A stretch of 63,496 nucleotides of DNA, counting the filler, from Octopus bimaculoides (Eukaryota), in assembly GCF_001194135.2 (NCBI RefSeq). It is 6 parts of 5 records of this genome, joined end to end, with 100 filler letters (N's around TTAATTAATTAA, not from the genome) between each part and the next. Parts side by side here need not be neighbours in the genome. Positions count along the whole stretch, not along the records: positions 18,819 to 46,977 come from NC_068984.1; 5 more parts are not named here. One strand, written 5' to 3'. The notes beneath the pieces are model-generated. The model did no database searches and had not been told where the DNA came from. It saw only the letters and a program-made list of their open reading frames with translations. This document shows positions 26,432-38,266 of the stretch, one piece after another. Position 1 is the first letter of the stretch, and each line of letters starts with the position of its first letter. A program made the translations under genes and the position numbers.

Positions 26432-27115
26432 TTCTATCTGGACCATATGCAAATAGAAGTAGACAATTCCTGCTTGCTTGTAGTGAGATTCCCTTTCTGC
26501 CAACCACCAGCACTGCCTATCTTTCTTAGCACTCAGTAACAAATAATAAGAAGGTAGCCTCTCTAGAGTTTGCAAATCACAGACCATGTGGTAGTCAACC
26601 TAAGAGATGGAACCTCCAGATCTGTGGAGATACTGGGCTACCTTCCTCACTAACAGCAAGCAGAACTAAAATTGAACAGAATACAAGTGGTTCAGCTGAC
26701 ATTAAGTTCAATATCGTGATTTCAAATCTACATGGATTTTCATCATCTTTATTTCCCCCAAGATCATGATCTCTTTCCTTAATTTGCAATCAATCTATTG
26801 TTTAGACTGGTCTCAATCTTCAGTGACAATGTTATAATAAACTTGACATAATGATAAAACACACACACACATTCCAATTTGTTGTAATGTGTTTATCTTT
26901 CACTTTTTGTTATTCTTTCTTCCCTTATATTTTCTCACTGCATACAACTCTCTAACTATATATTGTAAATTGGGTTTATTAAACATATTCAGTTTTGCTG
27001 TACTTCAGCTACAATAATTATGTGATTGTAAGGAATATTATTTTGTCATTATTTTAACATTCTCATTGTCTCAATTGATAAAAACCATTTCAGTATTATT
27101 TTTGTTTTTTTCTAG

Positions 27116-27361
27116 AAAATCCCTATGCCAGTATTATATGGCGTCTTCTTGTACATGGGTGTCTCATCGCTTCGTGGAATGCAGCTCGTCTGTCGTATAA
27201 TGATTATCTTCATGCCTGCTAAATACCAACCTGATTATATGTATCTTCGACATGTGAGAGCTTCACGTGTTCACTTATTTACATTAATCCAACTCATCTG
27301 TTTGGGAATTCTCTGGGTAATAAAGACAATTAAGAAAATCTCAATCGCCTTTCCTCTCATG
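27116..27361 (+). CDS. SLC4A: SLC4 exon (TM12-TM14 region)
   Basis: ttttttctag|...|gttagt; KIPMPVLYGVFLYMGVSSLRGMQLVCRIMIIFMPAKYQPDYMYLRHV..RVHLFTLIQ..AFPLM; phase 0-0. Confidence 0.96.
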
Positions 27362-27411
27362 GTTAGTGTAAAATTTGTTTAGATTTTTCTGTTTGCCTGT
27401 TTCATATAATA

Positions 27412-29002
27412 TCAGGTCATCCCATAAGTTCTGTCCGAATTTGAATAATGAAAAAAAAGTGATCAAATGTTATATTTAATTGAAATTTAATCATCAGTTT
27501 TCTTTCCCTGATTATCTATAACTTCCTTCCATCTATTTACAAGCTTTTTAATCCCATCAATGTAAAACTCCTTTGGTTTCAAAGCAAAGAACTCTGAAAT
27601 GTCAGTTTCGACCTCCTCCTGGCTTGCGAAAGTTTTGTCCCCCCCAATGAATCTGTAAACTACGAAACAAATGGTAGTCTGAAGGAGCATGGTCGGGAGA
27701 ATAAGGTGGATGAGGAATTTTTTCCCAACCAAGCTCTTCGATCTGTGATGTGATCTTTGCAGTGTGGGGTTGTGCATTGTCCTGATGAAACATCACTCCT
27801 TTTTGATTCACTAAAGCGGGTCTTTCTTTTTTCAAAGCTTGGTTCAAACGCTCTAATTGCTGACAGTAGACTTGAGCATTGATTGTTGCATTAGGTGGTA
27901 ACAATTCAAAGTGAATTACTCCTTTGCAATCCCACTAGATAGAGAGAAGAACCTTTTTCCCATGAAGTTCCCTTCTCGGTTGTGGTTGAGCTTTTTCCCT
28001 TTTACCAAGCCACTGTTTACGGTGTTTAACATTTCGATAGAAGATCCATTTTTTTGTCACCAGTCACAAGTCTATCCAAAAAGGGTGAAATGAATTCAAG
28101 AGAATGGAGAGAAGAGCAGATGTCAACTCGGGATTCGGACAATTCATGAGGCACCCATTTTCCAAGTTTAGGAACCTTTCCAAGTTGTTGAAGATGACGA
28201 TGAACAGTTGTATGGTTTGAACTAAGATTTATTGCGAATTCTTCAACTAATAATGCAGGACTTTCTTCAAGTAATGCCTCAAGGAGCTTATCATCAAACT
28301 CAACTGGACATCCTGTTCGATCTTCATCTTCAAAGCTGAAACCTCCACTTCTGAATTTTGCAAACCATCTTCTGCAAGTTCTTTCATTCAAACATTCTTT
28401 CCCATAAACTGAGTGTATGTTTCAAGTTGCTTTGGTTGCAGAGCTTCCTTTTTAGTACTCATAAAGCATTATGTGCCTTAAATGCACTTTGGATACTTCC
28501 ATGTTAGAAAGGGTTTTAATCAAAGAAATTTTAATTCTATTATTCTGTAAAATAATATTTAATTAGTTCAAATGTACACAAATGTATAAAAATAATTTGT
28601 AATTCCATTAGACATTCTAAAATACTATTAAATTTCATTCAATTTTAAAAAAGGTAAAATCAGGNNNNNNNNNNNNNNNNNNNNNNNNNNNNNNNNNNNN
28701 NNNNNNNNNNNNNNNNNNNNNNNNNNNNNNNNNNNNNNNNNNNNNNNNNNNNNNNNNNNNNNNNNNNNNAGTACTCATAAAGCATTATGTGCCTTAAATG
28801 CACTTTGGATACTTCCATGTTAGAAAGGGTTTTAATCAAAGAAATTTTAATTCTATTATTCTGTAAAATAATATTTAATTAGTTCAAATGTACACAAATG
28901 TATAAAAATAATTTGTAATTCCATTAGACATTCTAAAATACTATTAAATTTCATTCAATTTTAAAAAAGGTAAAATCAGGCAGAACTTATGGAATGACCT
29001 TA
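27412..29002 (-). mobile_element. Near full-length mariner (DD34D) transposon, frameshifted, intronic and antisense
   Basis: About 24-bp TIRs (TCAGGTCATCCCATAAGTTCTGTC / GGCAGAACTTATGGAATGACCTTA), TA on both sides. Motifs RRWFAKFRSG, WVPHELSE, LVTGDKKW-like, FHQDNAQPH, HPPYSPDHAPSDYHLF. Confidence 0.93.
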
Positions 29003-29770
29003 TATATAGTCACTAATCAGTTGAGAAGCTTCTTTAAAATCAAATCTTGTGATCACTGAAGCAACTTTGATGATACATCATCATCGTTTAACATCCGCTT
29101 TCCATGCTAGCATGGAAAGCGAACGTTATAAATATTTCTTTTATATTTTGGGGGCAATAATGTTTACATGTATGCAGCATATATTTGTATTTCATCTATC
29201 TGTTTTTATATTCGTTGTTCTCTTCATAGCTAGCAGTTTCAGGTAATTTAATTTAATTTCTTGTTCTTTTTACTTTAACATTGCTGACTTCTGTTTCATC
29301 ACTGTTGTTAGAAAATGTCTTGTTTAAATCATTGTAGAATTGTAATACCTCAGCTGCCTGAATTTCACTAAGTGTTGGGGTTTTAGTTGCAATCATCTAT
29401 GGTTTGTATCATTTCTCAACACTGTGTTGTATCCATGGCTAAGAGGATTAACTCTCAATGATTCAATCATCTAGCTGTTGTAAACAGGATCTAAGGACAA
29501 GTACAGTTCACTGCTGTAAGTGACGGAAACACTGTACACTTAAGTAATTCATTAGCTTGCAGTATTGAGTTCAAGTTATCCTATAGTCCTAAGTTGTCAT
29601 AAATGCCCTTCTGCAATAGCCATGTCTAACAAAATATATCACTTTCATGTGAATGTGAATTCAATATGAATTAATAACTGTGGGATTGCTGTATTGATAT
29701 TTATTGGTTCTTTTGATAATCTGTTGATTGGTTCTTTTAGATAATCCATTTTTACCATATCTTGGATTAG

Positions 29771-29902
29771 GTTTTAGCCATGTGCTTCGTACGTAAAGGA
29801 ATGGACTACATCTTCACCCAGAGGGAGTTGAAGTGGTTAGATGATATCATGCCAGAAGCTCACAAGAGAGCCAAAGAAGACGCTGAAAAACAAATGCAAG
29901 AA
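29771..29902 (+). CDS. SLC4A: SLC4 exon (end of TM14 and start of cytoplasmic tail)
   Basis: ggattag|...|gtaggt; VLAMCFVRKGMDYIFTQRELKWLDDIMPEAHKRAKEDAEKQMQE; phase 0-0. Confidence 0.95.
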
Positions 29903-30804
29903 GTAGGTTAAAATTCCATTCATCTTTTCTTTTTTTTTTTCATTTTGTTAAATAGAATTCTGTATATTCTATATATTTATAGTTTCTAATATAGACACAA
30001 AGTTAATGTGTATTTGTTTGTGAAGGGTGGATAGGAAATACAAAGTAGGCAGAGCAATCAATTAGATCAATTGCAGTACTTCACTGGTATTTATTTCATC
30101 TTTATGTGTTTTCTGGTATACAAGTCGAATGTTTCAGACCAAAAATTTACAGCTCAGAAGGGTAGATTAACTCATACACCAAGATGACTCTAGAGGACCA
30201 AAACTTCCATGTGAAATACAACCGGATTTGGAAAGGTAGTGATGATGTTTGAATGTTTACACAACATATTTACACTATATACTACGTAGGCTTGTGTGCT
30301 GGAAAATTGGTACCTGAAAAGATTTGAACTTGGATCCTAAAGATGTGTAATTAAATATCACAATGCATTTTATTCATCTCTTTACAGATTTGTTATATTC
30401 CGTTCAGTCATTTTTAATCCTCTGCTGGATGAAACTTCTGTATATTGTGGCTGGCTTATCTCTGTTGGTTGTGGGCCTACTTGTCCATGCTGGCCTATTA
30501 TGAGTCTGTGTGTATAAAATGATAAAGAGGAAACCTATCCTATTCAGTTAATACTTTTAAATTCAGTTTGCTGTTTGAATTAACTGCAAACATTTTTCAT
30601 CTCTTGATTTTCCATGAGTACACATTAGTAAAAAAAAATAATTCAGCTGCAAAGAAAAGGAAAATTTTTATTGACATTTCTTGCATATTAAATAGGTTCC
30701 TTTCAAATAATTACTGTGGGAATTCTTACTTATTCTTGTTGGGTTTTTAATTTTTTTCATAAATAAATCCAAATGTAATGTTTGATTTTTTTTTTCACTC
30801 GCAG

Positions 30805-31011
30805 GAGGAGATGAAGTTGATGGAGGGTGATCCAAATACTGATATGCAAATTGACAGAATCACTATTAGCTCTGAGTTAGATACTGTGAATATCTCTCAA
30901 GAAATGTCCAAAACCTCCATATGGAAGACTATTGTGGCTTCAGACCAATCTAATCAACCGCAGCAGGAGCAAGAAAAATCCCATAAATCAGGAGATAACA
31001 GTAAAAAGTAA
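30805..31011 (+). CDS. SLC4A: SLC4 C-terminal tail exon (stop at 31009-31011 or donor after 31007)
   Basis: tttttcactcgcag|EEMKL...VNISQEMSKTSIWKTI...NSKK. The NIS.EMSKT..W motif resembles the SLC4A7/8/10 tails. Confidence 0.85.
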   Translation, partial: EEMKLMEGDPNTDMQIDRITISSELDTVNISQEMSKTSIWKTIVASDQSNQPQQEQEKSHKSGDNSKK

Positions 31012-31690
31012 GCCTTTTCATTGTTATATATATATATATATCAATCCTGTGTGTGTGTATGGGGGAATGGTGTTTGGGTATGTATGCTTGTACATATGTA
31101 TGTATGTATGGATGTATGTATCTATCTATCATCTATCTATCCATCAATCAATCAATTAATCAATCGTCATTATCATAATTTAATGTCTATTTTCCATGCT
31201 GGTATGGATTGGATGGTTTGACAGGAGCTGGCAAGGCCAATAGCAACATGAGGATCCATTGTCTGTTTTGGCATGATTTTTACTACTTGATGCCCTTCCT
31301 AATGCCACCCACTTTACAGAGTGTTCTGGGTGCTTTTTACATGGTGCCAACACCAGTGCTTTATGCATGACACCAGCACCAACAGGGTCACCAATTACTT
31401 TGCAAGACAAAAACCCCTCAACTGGGAGGGGTGAGTAGTAGTGAGAGGATGTGGTTTTATGCCAGTTGCGAGATTAAAGTTATAGAGGGACTCTTGCTGT
31501 AGAGTAGATGCATGGATACCCCAGTTGGAAAAGAAAGTAGAGTAAGTTAGTAAGATAAAGAGAGTGATAGTGAAAGAGATGATGACAAAGATGTGTTGGG
31601 ACATGCCCATGAGGGACATTGGTGTTGGTGAGAATAGGTGTGGTGATATAGAAGTTTAGATCAGGTGAGTGGGCATTAGTGACACACACA

Positions 31691-31741
<51 letters not shown>

Positions 31742-31907
31742 TCAAATGTTTTAATGACTTTTTTTAATGCTTTCATGGATCAGATGAAACTGCATTGAGA
31801 TAGAGTTATCTATGGCTGGATGCCCTTCTTAATGCTAGCCTTCACCTGTTTCCATGCAAGGAAATAATCCTTAGTCTGTTGAATAATGAACAGCTTGGAC
31901 ATAGTTA

Positions 31908-32283
31908 TGTTGTTGTTGGCACGACGTCAAGGGTTCCAGTTGATCCGATCAATGGAACAGCCTGCTCGTGAAATTAACGTGCAAGTGGCTGAGCACTCCA
32001 CAGACACGTGTACCCTTAACGTAGTTCTTGGGGATATTCAGCATGACACAGTGTGACAAGGCTGACCCTTTGAATTACAGGCACGGCAGAAACAGGAAGT
32101 AACAGTGAGAGAAAGTTGTGGTGAAAGAGTACAGCAGGGTTCACCACCATCCCCTGCTGGAGCCTCGTGGAGCTTTAGGTGTTTTCACTCAATAAACGCT
32201 CACAACGCCCGGTCTGGGAATCGAAACCGCGATCCTATGACCGCGAGTCTGCTGCCCTAACCACTGGGCCATTGCGTCTCCAC
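31908..32283 (-). mobile_element. Full-length tRNA-derived SINE with (CAA)n tail (octopus-type)
   Basis: Minus-strand head GGAGACGCAATGGCCCAGTGGTTAGGGCAGC..GGTTTCGATTCCC with A and B boxes; same family as 55654-56035. Confidence 0.88.
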
Positions 32284-32799
32284 ATAATTGTACCCTGTTA
32301 TGTAGAGAACTAGAAACAAACATATCCATCTGAGTGCACTTTTGCTTATGTAATAAGATGTGTAACATATCAACTCATGTGAAGAAGCTCAGACATGCTT
32401 TTGTAAGAGACTGCAAGTAAATAACTCTGTTTGTTTGATCATTGATGCTTTTGTTTACAAACAGAGAACACACCTGCAAATGTAAAGATTTATGAACTCA
32501 CTGGTTATCTGTGAAGTTTCTGAAAACAGAGGCACCTGTAAAAATGTTTGTGCCACATGAATTTAAAATAAAAGAATAATGTGCATCATGTTATCACAAA
32601 CTTTGTCTACTGACAGCTAGAGGAAAAGAGAACTAAGAACTAAATCTAAGTCAGTCAGGCATTATTTCATCATTGAAATGTCAATAAAAACTGTCTGAAA
32701 AGTGACATTACAGGGGATAAAAATATGAATGTACAGCTGTAATGTCAAAACAAAAAGATAGTTGCTGCAGAGGTGTGGTGGATAGTCATTGCTGTAGCC

Positions 32800-33060
32800 A
32801 GAAAAAGCATGTCACTCGAAGAGTATTGTTCTTGACGAATTTGTTGCACATAGTCAGACAATTAAAGAATTTTACTTGGCTGTCCTGGGGCATTTAAGAG
32901 AAGTAGTGTAAAAGAAGAGGCCTGAGGCACAGACAAATGAAAACTGGATGCTGTACCACAACAATGCAACTGCTCACATGACACTCTTATGTGATCTTTT
33001 GGTTAAGTATGTAATGACTTTCACTTCTTCTCCTTGCCACCCTACTCTCTGGATTTGGTC
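32800..33060 (+). mobile_element. Degenerate mariner transposase fragment
   Basis: Pieces resemble T.NKEFYL.VL.HLRE.V.KKRPE..WMLYHNNATAH. Confidence 0.5.
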
Positions 33061-33771
33061 CATATTGATCCAAAAGGACATTATTCTGTTCCTGATGGAA
33101 AAATCCATAGTGTTTGGCCTTATGAGCAAGATGGGACAAGATTGTGAAGTGTGGTAACAGATTGTTATGCAGTCTAGACTGGTCTATACTGGGATAGAAC
33201 TGATGTTATAATGAAAGAACAGGGAGAGATGAGGGATGATTGAAGTGGAAGTGGTTTACAGATAAATACATAGAGGATATGAGTTTCATTACTAATTTAG
33301 TTTGTTTTAGCCATAATGTCTTAGGCTCTGAGGGAGCATGGACTTTTAAAATATCTCAAAGGATCTTTGTCTTGCAAGTTACTTGGGACCCTACTAGTGA
33401 TGGTGTCACCTAAAAAGCATCCAGTCCACACTGTAAAGCGATTGGCATTTGGAAGGGCATTCATCTGTGAAAGCTATACCAAACTAACCACACCAGTGCT
33501 GGTGCCATGTAAAAAGCACTCAGTCCACTCTGTAAGGTGGTTGGTGTTTGGAAGGGCACCCAGTTGTAAAAACCCTGCCATAACAAACAGTGAAATCTTC
33601 TGCCTGACCAGTTCCTGTCAAACTCTTCAACCCATGCCAGCATGGAAAAGAGACAGTAAATGATGATGGCGACAGTGACAGCAACGATGGCGACCATGAC
33701 GACTTCAATGAAAATCAATATATTAATGTATATAAAACACTATTTTTTTTTTCTTTTTATGTGTATTTTAG

Positions 33772-33812
33772 AAAGACTAAAAAGCATGGAAAGAAATGTA
33801 GTCCAACCAAGG
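33772..33812 (+). CDS. Candidate downstream SLC4 tail exon running into a gap
   Basis: Strong polypyrimidine acceptor tttttttttctttttatgtgtattttag; phase-2 compatible with the donor at 31008 and open: (K)KTKKHGKKCSPTK. Confidence 0.5.
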
Positions 33813-34580
33813 NNNNNNNNNNNNNNNNNNNNNNNNNNNNNNNNNNNNNNNNNNNNNNNNNNNNNNNNNNNNNNNNNNNNNNNNNNNNNNNNNNNNNNNN
33901 NNNNNNNNNNNNNNNNNNNNNNNNNNNNNNNNNNNNNNNNNNNNNNNNNNNNNNNNNNNNNNNNNNNNNNNNNNNNNNNNNNNNNNNNNNNNNNNNNNNN
34001 NNNNNNNNNNNNNNNNNNNNNNNNNNNNNNNNNNNNNNNNNNNNNNNNNNNNNNNNNNNNNNNNNNNNNNNNNNNNNNNNNNNNNNNNNNNNNNNNNNNN
34101 NNNNNNNNNNNNNNNNNNNNNNNNNNNNNNNNNNNNNNNNNNNNNNNNNNNNNNNNNNNNNNNNNNNNNNNNNNNNNNNNNNNNNNNNNNNNNNNNNNNN
34201 NNNNNNNNNNNNNNNNNNNNNNNNNNNNNNNNNNNNNNNNNNNNNNNNNNNNNNNNNNNNNNNNNNNNNNNNNNNNNNNNNNNNNNNNNNNNNNNNNNNN
34301 NNNNNNNNNNNNNNNNNNNNNNNNNNNNNNNNNNNNNNNNNNNNNNNNNNNNNNNNNNNNNNNNNNNNNNNNNNNNNNNNNNNNNNNNNNNNNNNNNNNN
34401 NNNNNNNNNNNNNNNNNNNNNNNNNNNNNNNNNNNNNNNNNNNNNNNNNNNNNNNNNTTCACCTTCTTACATCATATCATGTGAGATAAATTGAGATAAT
34501 GCTTCCTACAGCAGATGCTCGAAAAATGTTTAACTCTTTGACTTTGTGAAGAAAATAATGGATTATTAATATTACTGCTC

Positions 34581-34631
<51 letters not shown>

Positions 34632-34967
34632 CTTTTCCCACTGTTTCTATCTTTCCTTCCCAATATTTCCATGTTCCTCTTTGTCATTCATCAGAATACA
34701 ACCTAGTTGTAGTTCAGTATTATTGATTTAGATGTAACATTATGTCTATAGTCTCAGCAGGTCACTTAGAACATTGTAGTCTATAAGGTAAGTCTATAGG
34801 AAAATATATATCTAGAGCAGTGCTTATGCAGCATTCACTTTCTTGTAGTTTATTCTAGACTTTCCTGTAATCAATCCTTTCTAATTAAAAAAACAATAAA
34901 TGATCCTAATATGCACATGTGTGCATGTATTCTGGAAGACATACAAGGACTGCGTATACATATGTAT

Positions 34968-35046
<79 letters not shown>

Positions 35047-37328
35047 TTGTGTGTGTGTACTGTAAAATAATGCACAAAGCCTATGTATGTAACAACAAAA
35101 AGAAATATACAAGGTTTTATGTACACACAAAAAGAGCTCATCCCAATCTATAGTCAAATATATATAAAAGCAACTGTTGACATGCGTATAATATACACAT
35201 ATTTGTATATAATGAACTGGACATTCTTCTCTGTTAACCATATGAACTTTCTCTCCCTCTTTGTCTAGCTATCTTTCTCTTTCTCCTTCACTCTCTCTCT
35301 TTCTACCACCCCATTCTTTCTTTCTCTCTGTCTCTTTTTCAAATTATATTATCAGAAATATATATGAATAATCTAGATTTATAAATTATACTAGATTTTA
35401 ATTAATTATCCAGGTACAGAAATTTCAATTGAATTTTCTTTAAAAGAAAGTACTAGAGTAAAAATGAATGGAACACTTTTTTAAATGATATTAGAATTTG
35501 AATTCTTACTGAAATTTAAAACAAAAGCATAAAAGAGAAGCATTTTATCAATTTCCTATTAAAATTTAAATTTTGCTATTGAAATTCATGTTAGAATTTC
35601 ATTAAAAACTTTGAATTTTCATTGTTTCAGTCAAATTTCGGTGTAGTGAAAAACATCTTCATTTTCTAAAGTGACTATTTTGAAGTAAAAAGAAACAAAA
35701 CAATAAAAATAATATGTAGAGAAGAATTTAAAGAAGAAAAAGGTGAGAGGAGACTTAAGATAAAATTCCTGTCTCTACATCAGCTCAATATGAAAACCTC
35801 CAGCAGTTTGGTCTGAAAAAGGTTAGACACTTTAAGATAGACTAAGCAATGGGAGATTTTTGTTAATTTTCATAATTTTACATTATATTGATAACTATTG
35901 ATATCTTTATGAATTTTCAGCTCGATCTCTGGATATCTGAAGAGAGAGAGAGAAAAAACAAAGCAAAATCTATTTGAAACCAAAGTTAACCAATGTGTAG
36001 GTATATGAGAGGTAAATTTGATTCATTTAGCTGGGATCAATTAACTCATTATGCCATAAGTATCTAGCTTTAATATCAGCACTTGTTCAATTTCACATCC
36101 TTCTTATTTATTGTGATTATCATTCTTATTCTTATTATTATTACTGAGGTTGGCAGAAAGGTTAAAGTGTCAGGCAAATACATGGTGATATTTGTTCCTG
36201 CTCTTTACATTCTGAGTTAAAATCCCACTGAAGTCAAAAATTTGCCTTTCATTTTTCTTGGATTGATAAAAATTAAGCACCAATGAAGAAGTGCAGTTGG
36301 TCTAATTGACTGTTCCCCCCTCCATAAAAATTCTGTGGTACTGTGCCTGTGTTACAAACCATTGTTATTATCATTATTATTATTATTATTATTATTATCT
36401 TAATTTTATTTATCTATTCATAATATATTTTAGTGATCATAAACCAAAATAGCAAATTGAAAGTAAAGAAAGTATGAAGGAAAATGAAAATAATATTTAG
36501 TCAAATAAAAACAGAAAGCCAGAGAAAGTAGATGGCATTGTCTTGTTTGTATTATATTATAACAGTATTATATTATTATTTCACTGTATCATAAATTGCT
36601 GGATCTATGTAATATAGTCTGTGGAAGGAAAATATATGTATGTGTATTAGATTGATCCAAGCCTTGTGAGTGAAATTGATTAGACAGAAGTGAATGGAAG
36701 CTTGTTGATTGGATTATGTCTTGTTCAATCTTGTCATATATTTTGTCACACTATTTTGACTTGAAAAATAAGTTAAAGGTGCACATGTCTGTGGAATTTT
36801 CATCCACTTGATTCAACAATTAGGTAGCTCAGCAGATGGAACAACTGAATCCTCATCATCCAATCTTCCCGAGGGTACATATATACTTGTGCACATATGT
36901 ACATATTTTTCTCTGTGTGACAATACGCACATATACACATGTATGTATATGTGTGTTTGTATAATATACTCTCTCATATATGTATAAATATGTGTGTGTG
37001 TGTGTGTGTGTGTGTATGAATATACACTGTAAACTCGAGAATGTATATACAATCAAATTGCAAATGAAAACTGTGTATGTATGTAAAAGTGGATTACTAT
37101 AATTTCTGTATCTACTTTATTGTTATATGTGTGGGAATATATAGCAAAGGATGGGTATATATATTGAACAATGATCAGGTTCCACCATCAAAAAGTGCAG
37201 TGTAAAAGCTTTAACAAAACTCTGAAGTTTTCTGGAATTGTTATTTAAAGTCTATTTTTACTCTATTCAAAATCTATTTTGCCATTTTGCTTCTTTTTCT
37301 TTTTATCTTCTTTTATGAAACTATCCCG

Positions 37329-37895
37329 CAGAACATCAAACTGCTTCACAGAATATCTGTCTCACAAAACATCAAACTGCTTCATAGAATGTCTGTTTTA
37401 TCTTACAGAACATCTATCTGTCCATTAGAATATATGTCTGTCTCATAGAACATCAAACTGCTTCACAGAATGTCTTTCTCATTTATAGAGCATTTGTTTG
37501 TTACATAGAACATCTGTCCATTAGAACAACTGTGTCACATAGAAGATTAAACTGCTTCACATAATCTATGTCTTACAAAGTATCTTTCTGAAACCTTGGA
37601 GAACATTTTTCTGTCTCATAGAATATTTCTCTGTCTAACAGAACATCTGCTTGTCCATAAGAATATCTGCCTGTCTTATAGAATATTTTGTCTGCTTTAC
37701 AGAACATCTATGTGTTTCACAGAACATCTGGCTGTCTCACAGGACACATCTATCTTGCAGAACATGTCAGTCTTGCAGAACAAATCTGTTTTGTGGAACA
37801 TATCTTTTTTTGCAGAACCTGTCTGTTTGTCCTACAGAATATCTGCCTGTCTCACATAGCATAGCTGTTTCACAAAACATCTGTCTACCTATCAA
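37329..37895. repeat. Degenerate 16-21 bp minisatellite
   Basis: Recurrent (C/T)AGAA(C/T)AT anchor followed by CTGTCTGTCT- or CAAACTGCTT-type segments; roughly 25-30 units. Confidence 0.8.
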
Positions 37896-38203
37896 AATTA
37901 TTTCAAAATATTTTTGTCTTACATTCTTTTTTTTTTCACATTTGACAAATTCTTTTGTTTATTTTCAATTTGTAAACACACACACTCACACACACACTCA
38001 CACACACGCACATACACACAGAGGGCTTTCTCCAGGAAAAAGTAAAAAATAAGGTCACCATCTTATTCTGAATCTTACACGCACTCCAGGGTACAATTAA
38101 TATGTATGGTATACACTAAACAATACAATTGTATATTCACAAATCAATGTAAATAAAGAGAGCTTGCTTATCAGATTACAAGAACATGATGATTACCAAC
38201 AAC

Positions 38204-38238
<35 letters not shown>

Positions 38239-38266
38239 GTATGAAAGCCCAAAATTAGCTTGGTTT

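Noticed and set aside
33660-34489. Long ORFs of 240-274 aa
   Set aside because: Almost entirely N-gap translation (X). The same applies to the ORFs at 40770-41080 and 53755-54931.
35921-36001. Candidate exon after gaattttcag
   Set aside because: The frame depends on an unknown upstream exon, it contains a GA repeat, and there is no recognisable motif.
36824-36874. 51-bp phase-1 symmetric exon candidate (SSADGTTESSSSNLPE)
   Set aside because: Weak acceptor (no pyrimidine tract), weak donor GTACAT and no homology. Only RNA-seq could rescue it.
37329-37895. CRISPR-like repeat-spacer look
   Set aside because: Repeats are short and degenerate, the spacers resemble each other, there are no cas genes, and the context is eukaryotic.
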